From NCBI GenBank assembly GCA_018675685.1, contig JABGXP010000014.1:81288-145287 (forward strand): DNA of 64,000 bases, given 5' to 3'. The notes beneath the pieces were generated by a model. It had not been told where the DNA came from, searched no databases, and worked only from the letters and a program-made list of their open reading frames with translations. Both the position numbers and the translations under genes were made by a program. This DNA comes from a bacterium (GTDB lineage: Bacteria; Patescibacteriota; Minisyncoccia; Moranbacterales; DUUL01). Positions 1 to 9,168 of the stretch are shown piece after piece (within the stretch, counting starts at the first letter, position 1; each line of letters begins with the position of its first letter).

Positions 1-375
1 CAAAATATCGAAAAGTTCGAGCGAATTAAGAAAATGATCCATGCTGCCATAAAAGAAGCGGGTGGTAAAATTGAAATTATTGATACAATCTGTCGAGCAA
101 CCTTTGTGCGCCAAAAAGAGGCTTTTGTGATTGCAAAAGAAATGGATGCAGTAATTGTAATTGGTGGTAGGAGCAGTTCTAATACAAAACAGCTTTGGAA
201 AATAGCGAAAGATCAAAACCCAAATACAATTTGGATTGAAGACCCTAGTGAAGTAAAAAGCGATGAGAATAAGGAGTTTCTTCGAAGGGCTAAATCGATC
301 GGAATCATTTCTGGAGCCTCAACCTCTCCAGATGACATCAACATGGTTAGAAAAATGATCGAAAGTTCTGATTAG
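1..375 (+). CDS. ispH: 4-hydroxy-3-methylbut-2-enyl diphosphate reductase (IspH/LytB), C-terminal fragment; 5' end outside window
   Basis: Frame 1 is open from base 1. The translation ...IIDTICRATFVRQKEAFVIAKEMDAVIVIGGRSSSNTKQL... matches the conserved IspH C-terminal third (third Fe-S Cys in TIC, and the GG-x-SSN motif). Stop TAG at 373-375. Confidence 0.8.
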   Translation, partial: QNIEKFERIKKMIHAAIKEAGGKIEIIDTICRATFVRQKEAFVIAKEMDAVIVIGGRSSSNTKQLWKIAKDQNPNTIWIEDPSEVKSDENKEFLRRAKSIGIISGASTSPDDINMVRKMIESSD

Positions 376-440
376 AAAGGATTTTGTAACTTTTTGAAAG
401 GTTGACTGAATAGAAAATTGTTGTTATATTGTGTAGTGTT

Positions 441-728
441 ATGAAACAAGAAGATGTTACATTGATTAGTTGCAGTGTTTGTGGTGAGAGATATCGCACA
501 GGCAGTGCAAAAATCGTAGGGAGTAGGAACAATTCTTTGATTGTTCATATTCATTGTGGAAGTTGTTATTCTTCTACGCTTACGATTATTTCCAAAAACT
601 CAACCGGTGAAAACACCATGACAATGGGAATGTTAACAGATTTAAGTTACAACGAAGCTGTGGAGTCAATGAATATGAGAGCAATCGATGCTGATGAAGT
701 GTTGGATATTATTGAGGAAACTCGATAG
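441..728 (+). CDS. hypothetical small zinc-ribbon protein
   Basis: ATG at 441; the track ORF starts at an upstream TTG at 429. Two CxxC pairs (CSVCGERY ... HCGSCY). No family recognised. Confidence 0.4.
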   Translation: MKQEDVTLISCSVCGERYRTGSAKIVGSRNNSLIVHIHCGSCYSSTLTIISKNSTGENTMTMGMLTDLSYNEAVESMNMRAIDADEVLDIIEETR

Positions 729-834
729 TAGTCGCAAAATCTCAATTCTTTTTTCACAATAAAGTTGTTCAATGTAGGCAAGTCTTTACTAAGTAATTAA
801 AGGGAAATTTCCCATAAGTGTTAAAAAAGTCAAG

Positions 835-1557
835 ATGGAAGAAATCACATTAAAAGCGAGAATTAGAAAAGAAGGTGAAAAATTAACAAAAGAAACTCGA
901 GAAATTCCTGCTGTTGTGTATGGAAAGAAGATCGGTAGTATTGCAATCTTCGTTAATTTATCTGAATTAAACAGAATATTTGATAAAGCAGGAGAGAGCA
1001 CGATTATAAACTTGCAAGTCGAGGATGAAAAAGGTAAAAACGAAATTTACAAAACGTTAATTTATGATTATCAAACAGAGGCCATTGGAAATGAATTTAT
1101 TCATGTTGATTTTTTTAACGTCAAGATGGACCAAAAAATTGAGACAAATGTCGAATTGGAATTTGTTGGAGAGTCAATCGCCGTGAAAGAGTTAGGTGGA
1201 ACTTTTGTTAGAGGTTTAGATTCAGTTGAAGTTCAGTGTTTGCCTGCTGATTTGCCCGGTAGTATTGAGATCGATATTTCAGTGTTGGATTCTTTCGATA
1301 AACATATTTATGTAAAAGATGTTATTGTTGGTGAAAAAATTAGTATTTTAACGGATGATACGATCGTTGTAGCGGCTGTCAGTGCTCCACGAACAAAGGA
1401 AGACGTTGAAAGTTTAGATGAAGCTGTTGATTCTGATATTTCACAAGTTGAGGGAATGGAAGAAATAGAGGCAGAAGGAGCGGCAGAAGGAGATGACGAA
1501 AAGAAAAAAGAAAAAGAGAGTAATGAGAATAAAGAGAAAAAGGAGAAAAAGGAATAA
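835..1557 (+). CDS. rplY: 50S ribosomal protein L25 / general stress protein Ctc, with K/E-rich C-terminal tail
   Basis: The N-terminal pattern R..GK....R....IPAVVYG and the later IHVDFFNV are typical of the L25/Ctc family. The tail is DDEKKKEKESNENKEKKEKKE. Confidence 0.85.
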   Translation: MEEITLKARIRKEGEKLTKETREIPAVVYGKKIGSIAIFVNLSELNRIFDKAGESTIINLQVEDEKGKNEIYKTLIYDYQTEAIGNEFIHVDFFNVKMDQKIETNVELEFVGESIAVKELGGTFVRGLDSVEVQCLPADLPGSIEIDISVLDSFDKHIYVKDVIVGEKISILTDDTIVVAAVSAPRTKEDVESLDEAVDSDISQVEGMEEIEAEGAAEGDDEKKKEKESNENKEKKEKKE

Positions 1558-1597
1558 TTAGTCCTTGGAATAAAAATTTTTAAGAGATAGCCTTGAA

Positions 1598-2884
1598 ATG
1601 TCTCAAAAAAAAAGAAAAATAAAATCTAGGATCTTTTTGATAACTATGACCTCACTGATTGTGATGTGGGGTCTAGTTTTTTCTTTTCCAAGTGATTATC
1701 TAAATTTTGCCATTGCTGCTAGTGATGATGAAGACGATAAAGAAAAGGAAGAGGAAGCTGAGGAGATTGAAGATGATGTTGAAAACCTAGAAGATGACCT
1801 AGAGAAAGCTCTAAAAGAGAAAGCTGTTAAGGAACAGGAAAAATTATTGATTTCAAATGAACTTTGGGCAATCCGAAAGAACATAACTGTTGTTGAGGCT
1901 GATATCGAAGAGACTGGCAATGAAATCAAGAAACTTGAAAGAGAAATTGTCGAGGCTATCGATGAAATTGCTTTAAAGAAAAAATTAATGGGGGCAATTT
2001 TGCGACAAATAAATCGAACAAACCGAGAGTTGCAGTTGATTGCTTACGGGAAAGAGAGTGGTTTGAGTGAGTATTTCTCGATTGTTGATGGTTTAGAGAA
2101 CATGGAGGGTAAGTTGTCGACATTGATTGTCGAGGTAAGACAGAAAAAAGAAGATCTAGAAAAGCAGAGAATCAAGCAAAAAGAGGGCTTGGCTTTACAT
2201 GATGACCAAAAAGAATTATTGGAGTATCAAAAAAATAAAAAAGGTTGGGTTCTTAGTCAAAAACAACAAGCTATCAACGAAGATGCTTCTGAGATCGGTC
2301 AAATTCAGGCCAAGATTTCTAAAATGAAATCAGAGATTTCTAAATTACTTGGAAAGGGGTATGATGCAAGTGATATTAAAAGTGCTGTTAAATATGCTAG
2401 TAAAAAGACGGGTGTTAGAAGAGATTTTTTGATGGGAATGTTAGTTGTCGAATCTAATTTAGGACGTTTCACTGGTGGGTGTAATTACAAAGAAAGTCGT
2501 ATGAGCGATTACCGAAAAACAATATTCAAGCAAATTTGTAAAGAAGTCGACAGAAATTATAAAAAAATGAAAGTCTCCTGCCCACCTTCTAATTACAAAG
2601 GAACTGGTGGTGCGATGGGAGTTCAGCAATTTATGTCAGACACTTGGTTAGGATATAAGGATAGAATTTCAGAAAAAACAGGTAATTATCCTCCTGACCC
2701 TTGGAATTTAACAGACGGAGTGATGGCGATGGCAATTAAACTTGGTAATGATGGAGCAACAAAAAAAAGCGGTGAATGGAGGGCTGCATCACGTTACCTT
2801 GGTACATGCCATACAAAAACCACCGAATTTTATTGTAGAGATGTTTTGTATTGGGCGGATAATTATGAAAAAGTTTTGAATTAA
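1598..2884 (+). CDS. secreted coiled-coil protein with C-terminal MltB-like lytic transglycosylase domain
   Basis: N-terminal TM/signal segment (IFLITMTSLIVMWGLVF) and a long E/K coiled-coil. The C-terminus carries VVESNLGRF (catalytic Glu-Ser context) and GTGGAMGVQQFMSDTW, resembling the MltB/SLT_2 motif AGAMG..QFMPSTW. Confidence 0.65.
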   Translation: MSQKKRKIKSRIFLITMTSLIVMWGLVFSFPSDYLNFAIAASDDEDDKEKEEEAEEIEDDVENLEDDLEKALKEKAVKEQEKLLISNELWAIRKNITVVEADIEETGNEIKKLEREIVEAIDEIALKKKLMGAILRQINRTNRELQLIAYGKESGLSEYFSIVDGLENMEGKLSTLIVEVRQKKEDLEKQRIKQKEGLALHDDQKELLEYQKNKKGWVLSQKQQAINEDASEIGQIQAKISKMKSEISKLLGKGYDASDIKSAVKYASKKTGVRRDFLMGMLVVESNLGRFTGGCNYKESRMSDYRKTIFKQICKEVDRNYKKMKVSCPPSNYKGTGGAMGVQQFMSDTWLGYKDRISEKTGNYPPDPWNLTDGVMAMAIKLGNDGATKKSGEWRAASRYLGTCHTKTTEFYCRDVLYWADNYEKVLN

Positions 2885-2941
2885 TTTTGAAGCAATAGCA
2901 CAAAGCAAGTAATATTTTTTCTAGTTACTTGTTGGTGTAAA

Positions 2942-2981
2942 AAGACCGGAGTTTAACAACACAGGTCTTTTTTTGTTTTTT
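2942..2981 (+). terminator. putative rho-independent terminator after the transglycosylase gene
   Basis: Stem aagacc (2942-2947) / ggtctt (2964-2969) with a 16-nt loop, followed by tttttttgtttttt. Confidence 0.45.
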
Positions 2982-3007
2982 AAATTCTTGCTAAATGTAT
3001 AAATGTG

Positions 3008-3036
3008 TTGACGCGGAAATGAAAGTGGTGTAGAAT
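3008..3036 (+). promoter_or_regulatory. putative sigma70-type promoter of the mraZ operon
   Basis: TTGACG (3008-3013), a 17-nt spacer, then TAGAAT (3031-3036), about 115 nt upstream of the mraZ ATG. Confidence 0.5.
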
Positions 3037-3059
3037 GTAAGTGAAGTGGAGTGAAGTGG
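3023..3059 (+). promoter_or_regulatory. putative MraZ operator: three direct AAGTGG repeats
   Basis: AAGTGG occurs at 3023-3028, 3044-3049 and 3054-3059, with spacings of 21 and 10 nt. The first copy lies inside the promoter spacer and the other two just downstream of the -10. Confidence 0.45.
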
Positions 3060-3151
3060 GGAAAACACGAAACAAGTCTCTTAAGGGGAGGGATGGGAGT
3101 TGGACTCTTTGTCCTGCTCCCAGAGGCAATAAGAATTCATCCATTTATCTC

Positions 3152-3586
3152 ATGTTTATAGGTGAATACCAACACACAATTGACCCAAAGAAGCGGATTG
3201 CAATTCCGTCTAAGTTTAGGTTGCATTTTGAAGGTGGTGTGGTGGTGACAAGGGGCTTAGATAAATGCCTTTTTATCTATTCAAGAGAAGAGTGGTCAAA
3301 AATAGCTACAAAATTAGGAGAAATGCCAGTTGGTGAAAAATCAACCAGAAGTTTTGTTAGATTAATGCTCGCTGGTGCAGTTGATTCGAATCTCGACTCT
3401 CAAGGAAGAGTTTTAATTCCAGAGTATCTGAAAGAATACGCAAACTTAAAAAAACAAGTTATTGTTGCGGGCTTGTTTAATCGTTTAGAACTTTGGGATG
3501 AAAATGAGTGGAATAAATACAAAAAATCTGCTGAGGAGAATCAAGATGAAATAGCAGAGCAATTGGGGAAATTAGGAATGTACTAA
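3152..3586 (+). CDS. mraZ: transcriptional regulator MraZ
   Basis: MFIGEYQHTIDPKKRIAIPSKFR and a second half-domain LDSQGRVLIPEYL (duplicated DxxxR motif). I start the gene at ATG 3152 rather than the track's GTG 3041, because the 37-aa extension covers the promoter/operator and has no MraZ similarity. Confidence 0.9.
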   Translation: MFIGEYQHTIDPKKRIAIPSKFRLHFEGGVVVTRGLDKCLFIYSREEWSKIATKLGEMPVGEKSTRSFVRLMLAGAVDSNLDSQGRVLIPEYLKEYANLKKQVIVAGLFNRLELWDENEWNKYKKSAEENQDEIAEQLGKLGMY

Positions 3587-3590
3587 AAAT

Positions 3591-4556
3591 ATGCACAAGA
3601 CAGTTTTATTAGCAGAATCAGCTTTTCAATTGAATCTAAAAAAAGGAGATGTAGTAGTCGATGCAACACTTGGAATGGGTGGACACACGATTGAACTTGC
3701 TAAAATAGTAGGTGAAAAAGGGAGAGTTATTGCAATTGATATGGATGCCGTTGCAATTCGTGAAGCAAAAAATCGAATTAAAAAAGAGCACAAAGAGTTT
3801 CTAGATAGAATAATTTTCGTAAAAGACAATTTCAAAAACATTGACAAAATAGTTGCTGGACAGGGGACTTCAGCAATTAAAGTAAAAGGTGTTTTAGCTG
3901 ATTTGGGCTGGAGAATCGAGCAAATCAATGATCCGGCATACGGTCTCAGCTTCAACGTTGATGCTAGACTCAATATGCGTCTAGATGAAGCTGGTGATAG
4001 TCCAGAAGACTCTGAGGATGCATTTGATATCATTAACTCTTGGTCAGCTGATGACCTAGAGAGATTATTCCGAGAGCTTGGAGAGGAGAGGTTTTCGAAG
4101 AGAATTGTTATTGCGATTAAAGAGGCAAGAAAAGAAAAGGAAATAAAAACAACGATGGAATTGGCCAATATTATAGAGGAATCAGTTGGTCACAGAGGAA
4201 GGAAAGGTGGGAGAAAAATACATCCAGCAACAAAAGTTTTTCAAGCACTTAGAATCCAAGTGAACAGTGAATTGAATAACTTAAATGTATTCTTGGAGAA
4301 CGCGCTTAAAGTATTGGAAAAGGATGGGCGTTTGGCAATTATCTCCTTTCATTCAATTGAGGATCGAATCGTGAAGAACTTTTGCAAGAGTGGTACAAAA
4401 GGATGTGTGTGTCCTAAGGAATTCCCAATCTGCAAATGTGGGAAAGAACCTAAATTGAAACTGATCACGAAAAAACCAATCATTCCTAGTGACTTGGAAC
4501 TTAAAGAAAATAGACGGGCAAGGAGTGCCAAGTTAAGGGTTATTCAAAAAAAATAG
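3591..4556 (+). CDS. rsmH: 16S rRNA (cytosine1402-N4)-methyltransferase RsmH
   Basis: HKTVLL.E and VVDATLGMGGHT (SAM-binding), FHSIEDRIVK, and a RARSAKLRV C-terminus. Positioned after mraZ. Confidence 0.92.
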   Translation: MHKTVLLAESAFQLNLKKGDVVVDATLGMGGHTIELAKIVGEKGRVIAIDMDAVAIREAKNRIKKEHKEFLDRIIFVKDNFKNIDKIVAGQGTSAIKVKGVLADLGWRIEQINDPAYGLSFNVDARLNMRLDEAGDSPEDSEDAFDIINSWSADDLERLFRELGEERFSKRIVIAIKEARKEKEIKTTMELANIIEESVGHRGRKGGRKIHPATKVFQALRIQVNSELNNLNVFLENALKVLEKDGRLAIISFHSIEDRIVKNFCKSGTKGCVCPKEFPICKCGKEPKLKLITKKPIIPSDLELKENRRARSAKLRVIQKK

Positions 4557-4604
4557 ACATAGAGGTATAAATAAAAAGTAAAAGTGTGAGGGGGCAACGT
4601 TGAT

Positions 4605-4970
4605 GTGGTAGCATATTCAGTTGCAACAAAAAAAGGAAAGATTGAAAGATGCAAAAAGATTCAAAAAAAGCATGAGTCTTCTTTTGGGTCTTCCTTATCT
4701 TCAATGGTTAACGCACTGACATTTGCGGTTGTTGTTGTTGGTGTGCTCTATGTAGCACAAACTAATAGACTAGCCACCATGGGGTATGAAATAAAAGAAA
4801 AAGAAAATGAAATCAACACACTATTTAAAGACAATGAAGCTCTTAAGATTAATGCCGCAGAGCTAAAATCGATGCATCATCTTGAGCTTAAGAAAGAAGA
4901 GATGAAACTAAGAAAGCCTCAAGAGATTGGTTATTTAGAGATTGATGATTCGGTAGCAATGGGGAGATAG
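4605..4970 (+). CDS. FtsL-like cell division protein (single-pass membrane, coiled coil)
   Basis: Sits between rsmH and ftsI. One TM (ALTFAVVVVGVLYVAQ) followed by a short coiled coil. GAGGGGG lies 10 nt upstream of GTG 4605. The start is uncertain. Confidence 0.5.
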   Translation: MVAYSVATKKGKIERCKKIQKKHESSFGSSLSSMVNALTFAVVVVGVLYVAQTNRLATMGYEIKEKENEINTLFKDNEALKINAAELKSMHHLELKKEEMKLRKPQEIGYLEIDDSVAMGR

Positions 4971-4977
4971 GAACAAT

Positions 4978-6849
4978 ATGCTTAAAAAAGTTAAAAAAAG
5001 GAGAAAATCTGTGTCATCTGACTTGAAACAGAAAGTTCTACCAAGGTCCAGAGTGTATCTGGTTGTTTTTGCTATATTAATTTTTACGGGAATTATTGTT
5101 TTTCAATTGTATCGTCTACAAATCAAAGGCAATATTAAGTATACAAACCTAGCAAAAAAACAACACCAGGCAAGTAATAGAATTTTACCTTCAAGAGGCG
5201 AAATTTTTTTGTGTCAAAAAGAGGCAAAATTTTCATTAGCAGTTAACAAAGAACTTAAGACGGTTTTTGCTATGCCAAATGAGATTAAAGATCCAGTATT
5301 AACCGCGAGTATAATTGCCCCGATCTTAGACTTAGAAGAGACAGATGTTTTGAGAAAACTTTCAAAAAAAGGTGATTTATACGAAGTTTTAAGGCGTAAA
5401 ATTTCCAAAGAACTTTTCTTGAAGGTTGAAAAACTGAAATTGGAAGGGATTTATGGGGAAAGCGAATATTGGAGGTATTATCCAGGTAATTCGCTGGCAG
5501 CTCAAGTAGTTGGATTCGTTGGCTATAAAGAGGACAAACTATTTGGACAATATGGGATAGAGAGTAAATTAGAAGAAAGACTTAGTGGAAGAGAGGGTAT
5601 GATGGAACAAGAAAGGGATGTCTTTGGGAGGTGGATTTCAATTGGCTCCAAGTTAGTAACACCTGAGCGTGACGGACAAGATGTTGTTTTGACCTTGGAT
5701 CATGTTTTGCAGTTTAAGACAGAATCTGCACTTAAAAGTGCTATTAAAAGACACGATGCTGATAGTGGAAGAGTTATTATTACGAATCCAAGTACAGGCG
5801 AAATTTTAGCCATGGCTGCATACCCAACCTTTGATCCAAACGAATATTCAAAAGTTGAGGATATTAGTGTTTTTAAAAACTCTTTGATTTCAAATGAGTA
5901 TGAGTGTGGGTCTGTTTTTAAACCAATAACGATGGCTATTGGGCTAGACACAGAAAAAATTACACCAGAGACAACCTATATCGACAGAGGTTTTGTTGCA
6001 GAGGCTGGGTTTACTATTAATAATTCGGATAAAAAAGCATACCAAAAGCAAACAATGACACAGGTGATTGAGAAATCGCTAAATACAGGAGTTATCTTTG
6101 TTGAAAAAGAAATTGGAAATCAAGAATTTTATCGATATATAAAAGATTTTGGTTTCGGAGAAGTCACGGGTGTCTCCTTACCAGGAGAGGCTGACGGAAA
6201 CATCTCAAATTTAAAAAAGAATAGAGATATTGAATACTTCACTGCTTCTTTCGGGCAAGGAATTACTGTTACACCATTACAATTGGCAATGGCATACGGA
6301 GTGATGGCAAATGGAGGAGAGTTATTGAAGCCACAAATTATAAATAGTATTATTGATTTAAACGGAGCGGAAGAGAAATTTGAAACCAAGAAGGTTAAGT
6401 CTGTTATTTCTAAGAAAACATCTGAAGAGGTTTCTTTGATGCTAGAGAGTAATATTCTTAATGGACACGGGAAGTTAGCAGGAGTTCCAGGATACCGCAT
6501 CGCTGGTAAGACTGGAACAGCACAAATTCCTGATAAAGAGAACGGTGGATATTTAGAAGATGCAACCACTGGAACTTTCGCGGGATATGGACCTGTGGAA
6601 GATCCAATCTTTGCAATGGTTGTGATAATAGATTATCCTAAAGATGTGGAATGGGCAGAGAGTACAGCAGCCCCAGTTTTCGGAGAATTAGCGAAAGTAG
6701 TTCTTGATTATTATGGGGTAGAACCGACCGAGGAATATGATTTAAAGGATTTAGAAAAATTTGCAAAAACCCACAACTATCTTTTTAATAAAGAAGAAGA
6801 AATAAAAAATGAGTCATTAGAGACTGAAACAAGTAAGGATCAAGATTAA
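4978..6849 (+). CDS. ftsI: penicillin-binding protein, class B transpeptidase (FtsI/PBP2-like)
   Basis: N-terminal TM, then the SxxK (GSVFKP), SxN (KSLNTG) and KTG (AGKTGTAQ) motifs in the canonical order. Confidence 0.88.
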   Translation: MLKKVKKRRKSVSSDLKQKVLPRSRVYLVVFAILIFTGIIVFQLYRLQIKGNIKYTNLAKKQHQASNRILPSRGEIFLCQKEAKFSLAVNKELKTVFAMPNEIKDPVLTASIIAPILDLEETDVLRKLSKKGDLYEVLRRKISKELFLKVEKLKLEGIYGESEYWRYYPGNSLAAQVVGFVGYKEDKLFGQYGIESKLEERLSGREGMMEQERDVFGRWISIGSKLVTPERDGQDVVLTLDHVLQFKTESALKSAIKRHDADSGRVIITNPSTGEILAMAAYPTFDPNEYSKVEDISVFKNSLISNEYECGSVFKPITMAIGLDTEKITPETTYIDRGFVAEAGFTINNSDKKAYQKQTMTQVIEKSLNTGVIFVEKEIGNQEFYRYIKDFGFGEVTGVSLPGEADGNISNLKKNRDIEYFTASFGQGITVTPLQLAMAYGVMANGGELLKPQIINSIIDLNGAEEKFETKKVKSVISKKTSEEVSLMLESNILNGHGKLAGVPGYRIAGKTGTAQIPDKENGGYLEDATTGTFAGYGPVEDPIFAMVVIIDYPKDVEWAESTAAPVFGELAKVVLDYYGVEPTEEYDLKDLEKFAKTHNYLFNKEEEIKNESLETETSKDQD

Positions 6850-6873
6850 AGGCTAATTGATAAATTTCACCAT

Positions 6874-8199
6874 ATGAACAAGTCAAAGAAAGCAAGATTT
6901 TTAGAGAAAGTATTGCGTTTAATGGCAATTTGTGTTTTATGGCGACATAAACCAAAAGTTGTTGCAATTACGGGAAGTGTTGGGAAAACTACAACAAAAG
7001 ACATGACCTGGAAATTGTTGGAGAAGTATTTCAATGTCAGGAGGAATATTAAGAACTATAATAATGAAATTGGCGTTCCATTGACTATCATCGGCGTGGA
7101 GTCTGGGGAGAGCTCAATGATCAAATGGTTTTTTGTTTTCCTGAGTTGGGTGGGTGTTATGTTTTCTAGGAAATATCCAGAGATTTTGGTCTTGGAAATG
7201 GGTGCTGACAAGCCAGGTGATATCAAATACCTTACTAGTTTTGTGCCTATTGAGGTTGGAGTTATAACAAACATTGGGATTTCTCATCTTGAAAATTTTA
7301 AAACAAAAAAAGCGGTAGCTGTGGAAAAGGGGCATCTCCTAAGAAGTGTCCCTGTGAATGGACTGGCGATTTTAAATAGCGATGATGCTGAATGTCAAAA
7401 ACTAGCCCCACAGCTTAAAACCAACGTAATTAAGTGCGGTTTTGAGGAGGGGGCGTCAATGCTTGGAAGCGATATTATTTATGGTTATCGCTCATTGGAA
7501 ACCAGAAGTGGGAAAAAGATTAAGTTAGTTAAGGGGATTTTATTTAAATTAAACTATCAAGGTAAGATTATCCCAATTAAACTGAAGCACGCACTAGGTT
7601 ACCCTCAAGTTTATGCAGCACTCAATGCATTTGCTGTGGCAGAATACTTTAAACTGAATAAGCTTGAAGCCGCGGAAGCATTGCAGGATTTTCTTCCTCC
7701 ACCAGGAAGAATGGTTTTAATGCCAGGTATTAAAAATTCGGCAGTGATTGACGATACTTACAATAGTGCTCCGGAAAGTCTGAATGCTTGCCTTGTTACG
7801 CTTGATAAAATAAAAGCCGAAAGGAAAATTGTCGTCTTAGGTGATATGTTGGAGCTTGGAGAAGAAGAGGAGAGCGCTCATCGAGAGGCAGGAAAAAAAG
7901 TTGCCGAGTTACAACCAGAATTCTTCGTTGCTGTTGGAAAAAGAATGAAATATGCAGCGATAGAGTACAGGAAAAACACCCAAGATAAGGATTCAATAGG
8001 ATGCTTTAGCTCCCCCAACGAAGCAATGATTTTCATTCAGCATACGCTGAAAGAAGGAGATGTGGTTTTAGTGAAAGGATCACAGGGAATGAGAATGGAA
8101 AAAATTGTTGAAGAAATTATGAGGCAACCAGAAAAGAAAAAAGAATTGCTAGTTAGACAGGATGACACTTGGCAAACAAAGGATTTTATAGCGCCATAG
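6874..8199 (+). CDS. murF: UDP-N-acetylmuramoyl-tripeptide--D-alanyl-D-alanine ligase
   Basis: Mur ligase P-loop ITGSVGKTTTKDM and the DDTYNSAPES motif typical of MurF. Lies in the dcw context. Confidence 0.85.
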   Translation: MNKSKKARFLEKVLRLMAICVLWRHKPKVVAITGSVGKTTTKDMTWKLLEKYFNVRRNIKNYNNEIGVPLTIIGVESGESSMIKWFFVFLSWVGVMFSRKYPEILVLEMGADKPGDIKYLTSFVPIEVGVITNIGISHLENFKTKKAVAVEKGHLLRSVPVNGLAILNSDDAECQKLAPQLKTNVIKCGFEEGASMLGSDIIYGYRSLETRSGKKIKLVKGILFKLNYQGKIIPIKLKHALGYPQVYAALNAFAVAEYFKLNKLEAAEALQDFLPPPGRMVLMPGIKNSAVIDDTYNSAPESLNACLVTLDKIKAERKIVVLGDMLELGEEEESAHREAGKKVAELQPEFFVAVGKRMKYAAIEYRKNTQDKDSIGCFSSPNEAMIFIQHTLKEGDVVLVKGSQGMRMEKIVEEIMRQPEKKKELLVRQDDTWQTKDFIAP

Positions 8200-8228
8200 A
8201 GAATACAACAGAGTGAATTCAAATAATA

Positions 8229-8263
8229 AAAAAGTCGCTATCTTTGTTTGGGTGACTTTTTTT
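8229..8263. terminator. weak candidate bidirectional terminator between murF and the convergent rhodanese gene
   Basis: aaaaagtc ... gactttttt arms around a roughly 17-nt loop. The stem is A/T-rich. Confidence 0.3.
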
Positions 8264-8287
8264 AAAACCAAACATGTTATTTATTTC

Positions 8288-9163
8288 CTATTTGTCAGCA
8301 GGCTCTTCTTTCCCAATATTAGCGATAGTATCCTTCATATCGTTGTAAGTGTCCTTACAGTTATATACACCAAGAACATTCATGTCATAGAGCCTTACTG
8401 CGGCTTGAAAGCTTCGAATAGGGTCTTTATCTAGAACAATAAAGCTTCTAACCGGTAATTTGTCTTTCTTTTTTTCTAATTCTTCTAAGGGGATATTAAT
8501 TGATCCATCGATATGATCAAGCGCAAAATCCACAGCTGAACGAGTGTCAATAAATTTCAGTCTAGACCCATCCAAGAGTTGTTCAATAATTTCCTTGGCT
8601 GTATAAGAAGTTACTTTCAGCAGATCTGATTGTATTAAGGGATTCCCAAGCGTAACCAAACCAAATTCGTTGTGAGCATAGTTTATGATCCCACCATCAA
8701 GATATTTTACAGTCAAACCCTCCTTCTGAAGATGTTCAGTGAGAATCCTACCATTAGGAGAATCTGTTCTATCTATAATTATTATAGTTTTTGTTTTGCT
8801 TAGTAAGTTTAGTTTATCCTCTAGTTTTGTCAGGGGTATATTAATCGAAGCTTCAATATGTTTTAAAATAAACTCATTCTCCTCTCGAATGTCCACCAAT
8901 TGAAAATCTTCGTTTCGAATTGCCCTTGAAGTTTCCTTTGGTGAAATTGTGGGAACTTGTAAATTAGCGTCTGCTTCTACCTGTTTGTTTTCAGAAAGTT
9001 TTTTTTCTAATGCACCCTTTTGTTTATTTATTTTTTTTACATAAAAAACACCAGAAATAGTTACTATTAGAATAAAAGCAACAAGGGCTGGCCAGATCAG
9101 AAAAGGTTGCGTCTTTTTTGACTCTTGGGAAATAATTTGTTTCCTTGGTGGTTGGTGTTGCAT
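8288..9163 (-). CDS. membrane-anchored tandem rhodanese-homology-domain protein (both active-site Cys absent)
   Basis: N-terminal TM (FLIWPALVAFILIVTISGVFYV). Two repeats of the pattern LVDIREENEF..HI.ASINIPL and FIDTRSAVDF..HIDGSINIPL. The active-site loop positions read IIIIDRTDSPNGR and FIVLDKDPIRS, with Asp where the catalytic Cys would be. Confidence 0.7.
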   Translation of the reverse strand: MQHQPPRKQIISQESKKTQPFLIWPALVAFILIVTISGVFYVKKINKQKGALEKKLSENKQVEADANLQVPTISPKETSRAIRNEDFQLVDIREENEFILKHIEASINIPLTKLEDKLNLLSKTKTIIIIDRTDSPNGRILTEHLQKEGLTVKYLDGGIINYAHNEFGLVTLGNPLIQSDLLKVTSYTAKEIIEQLLDGSRLKFIDTRSAVDFALDHIDGSINIPLEELEKKKDKLPVRSFIVLDKDPIRSFQAAVRLYDMNVLGVYNCKDTYNDMKDTIANIGKEEPADK

Positions 9164-9168
9164 ATATT

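Noticed and set aside
3041-3151. 37-codon N-terminal extension of MraZ from GTG 3041
   Set aside because: The extension has no MraZ similarity and covers the promoter -10 downstream region and the AAGTGG repeats. ATG 3152 gives the canonical MFIGEY... start.
3626-4168. 180-aa ORF antisense to rsmH. The same class includes 29374..30126, 39326..40027, 48087..48650, 52613..53038, 22543..23007, 19409..19888, 6129..6569, 40343..40741 and 40754..41149.
   Set aside because: All lie entirely inside, and antisense to, genes with strong family motifs. Their S/L/F-rich low-complexity translations are what is expected from the reverse complement of K/E-rich coding DNA. None has an RBS.
8213-8434. 73-aa plus-strand ORF after murF
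   Set aside because: It overlaps the terminator-like hairpin and the 3' end of the convergent rhodanese gene, and it has no RBS.
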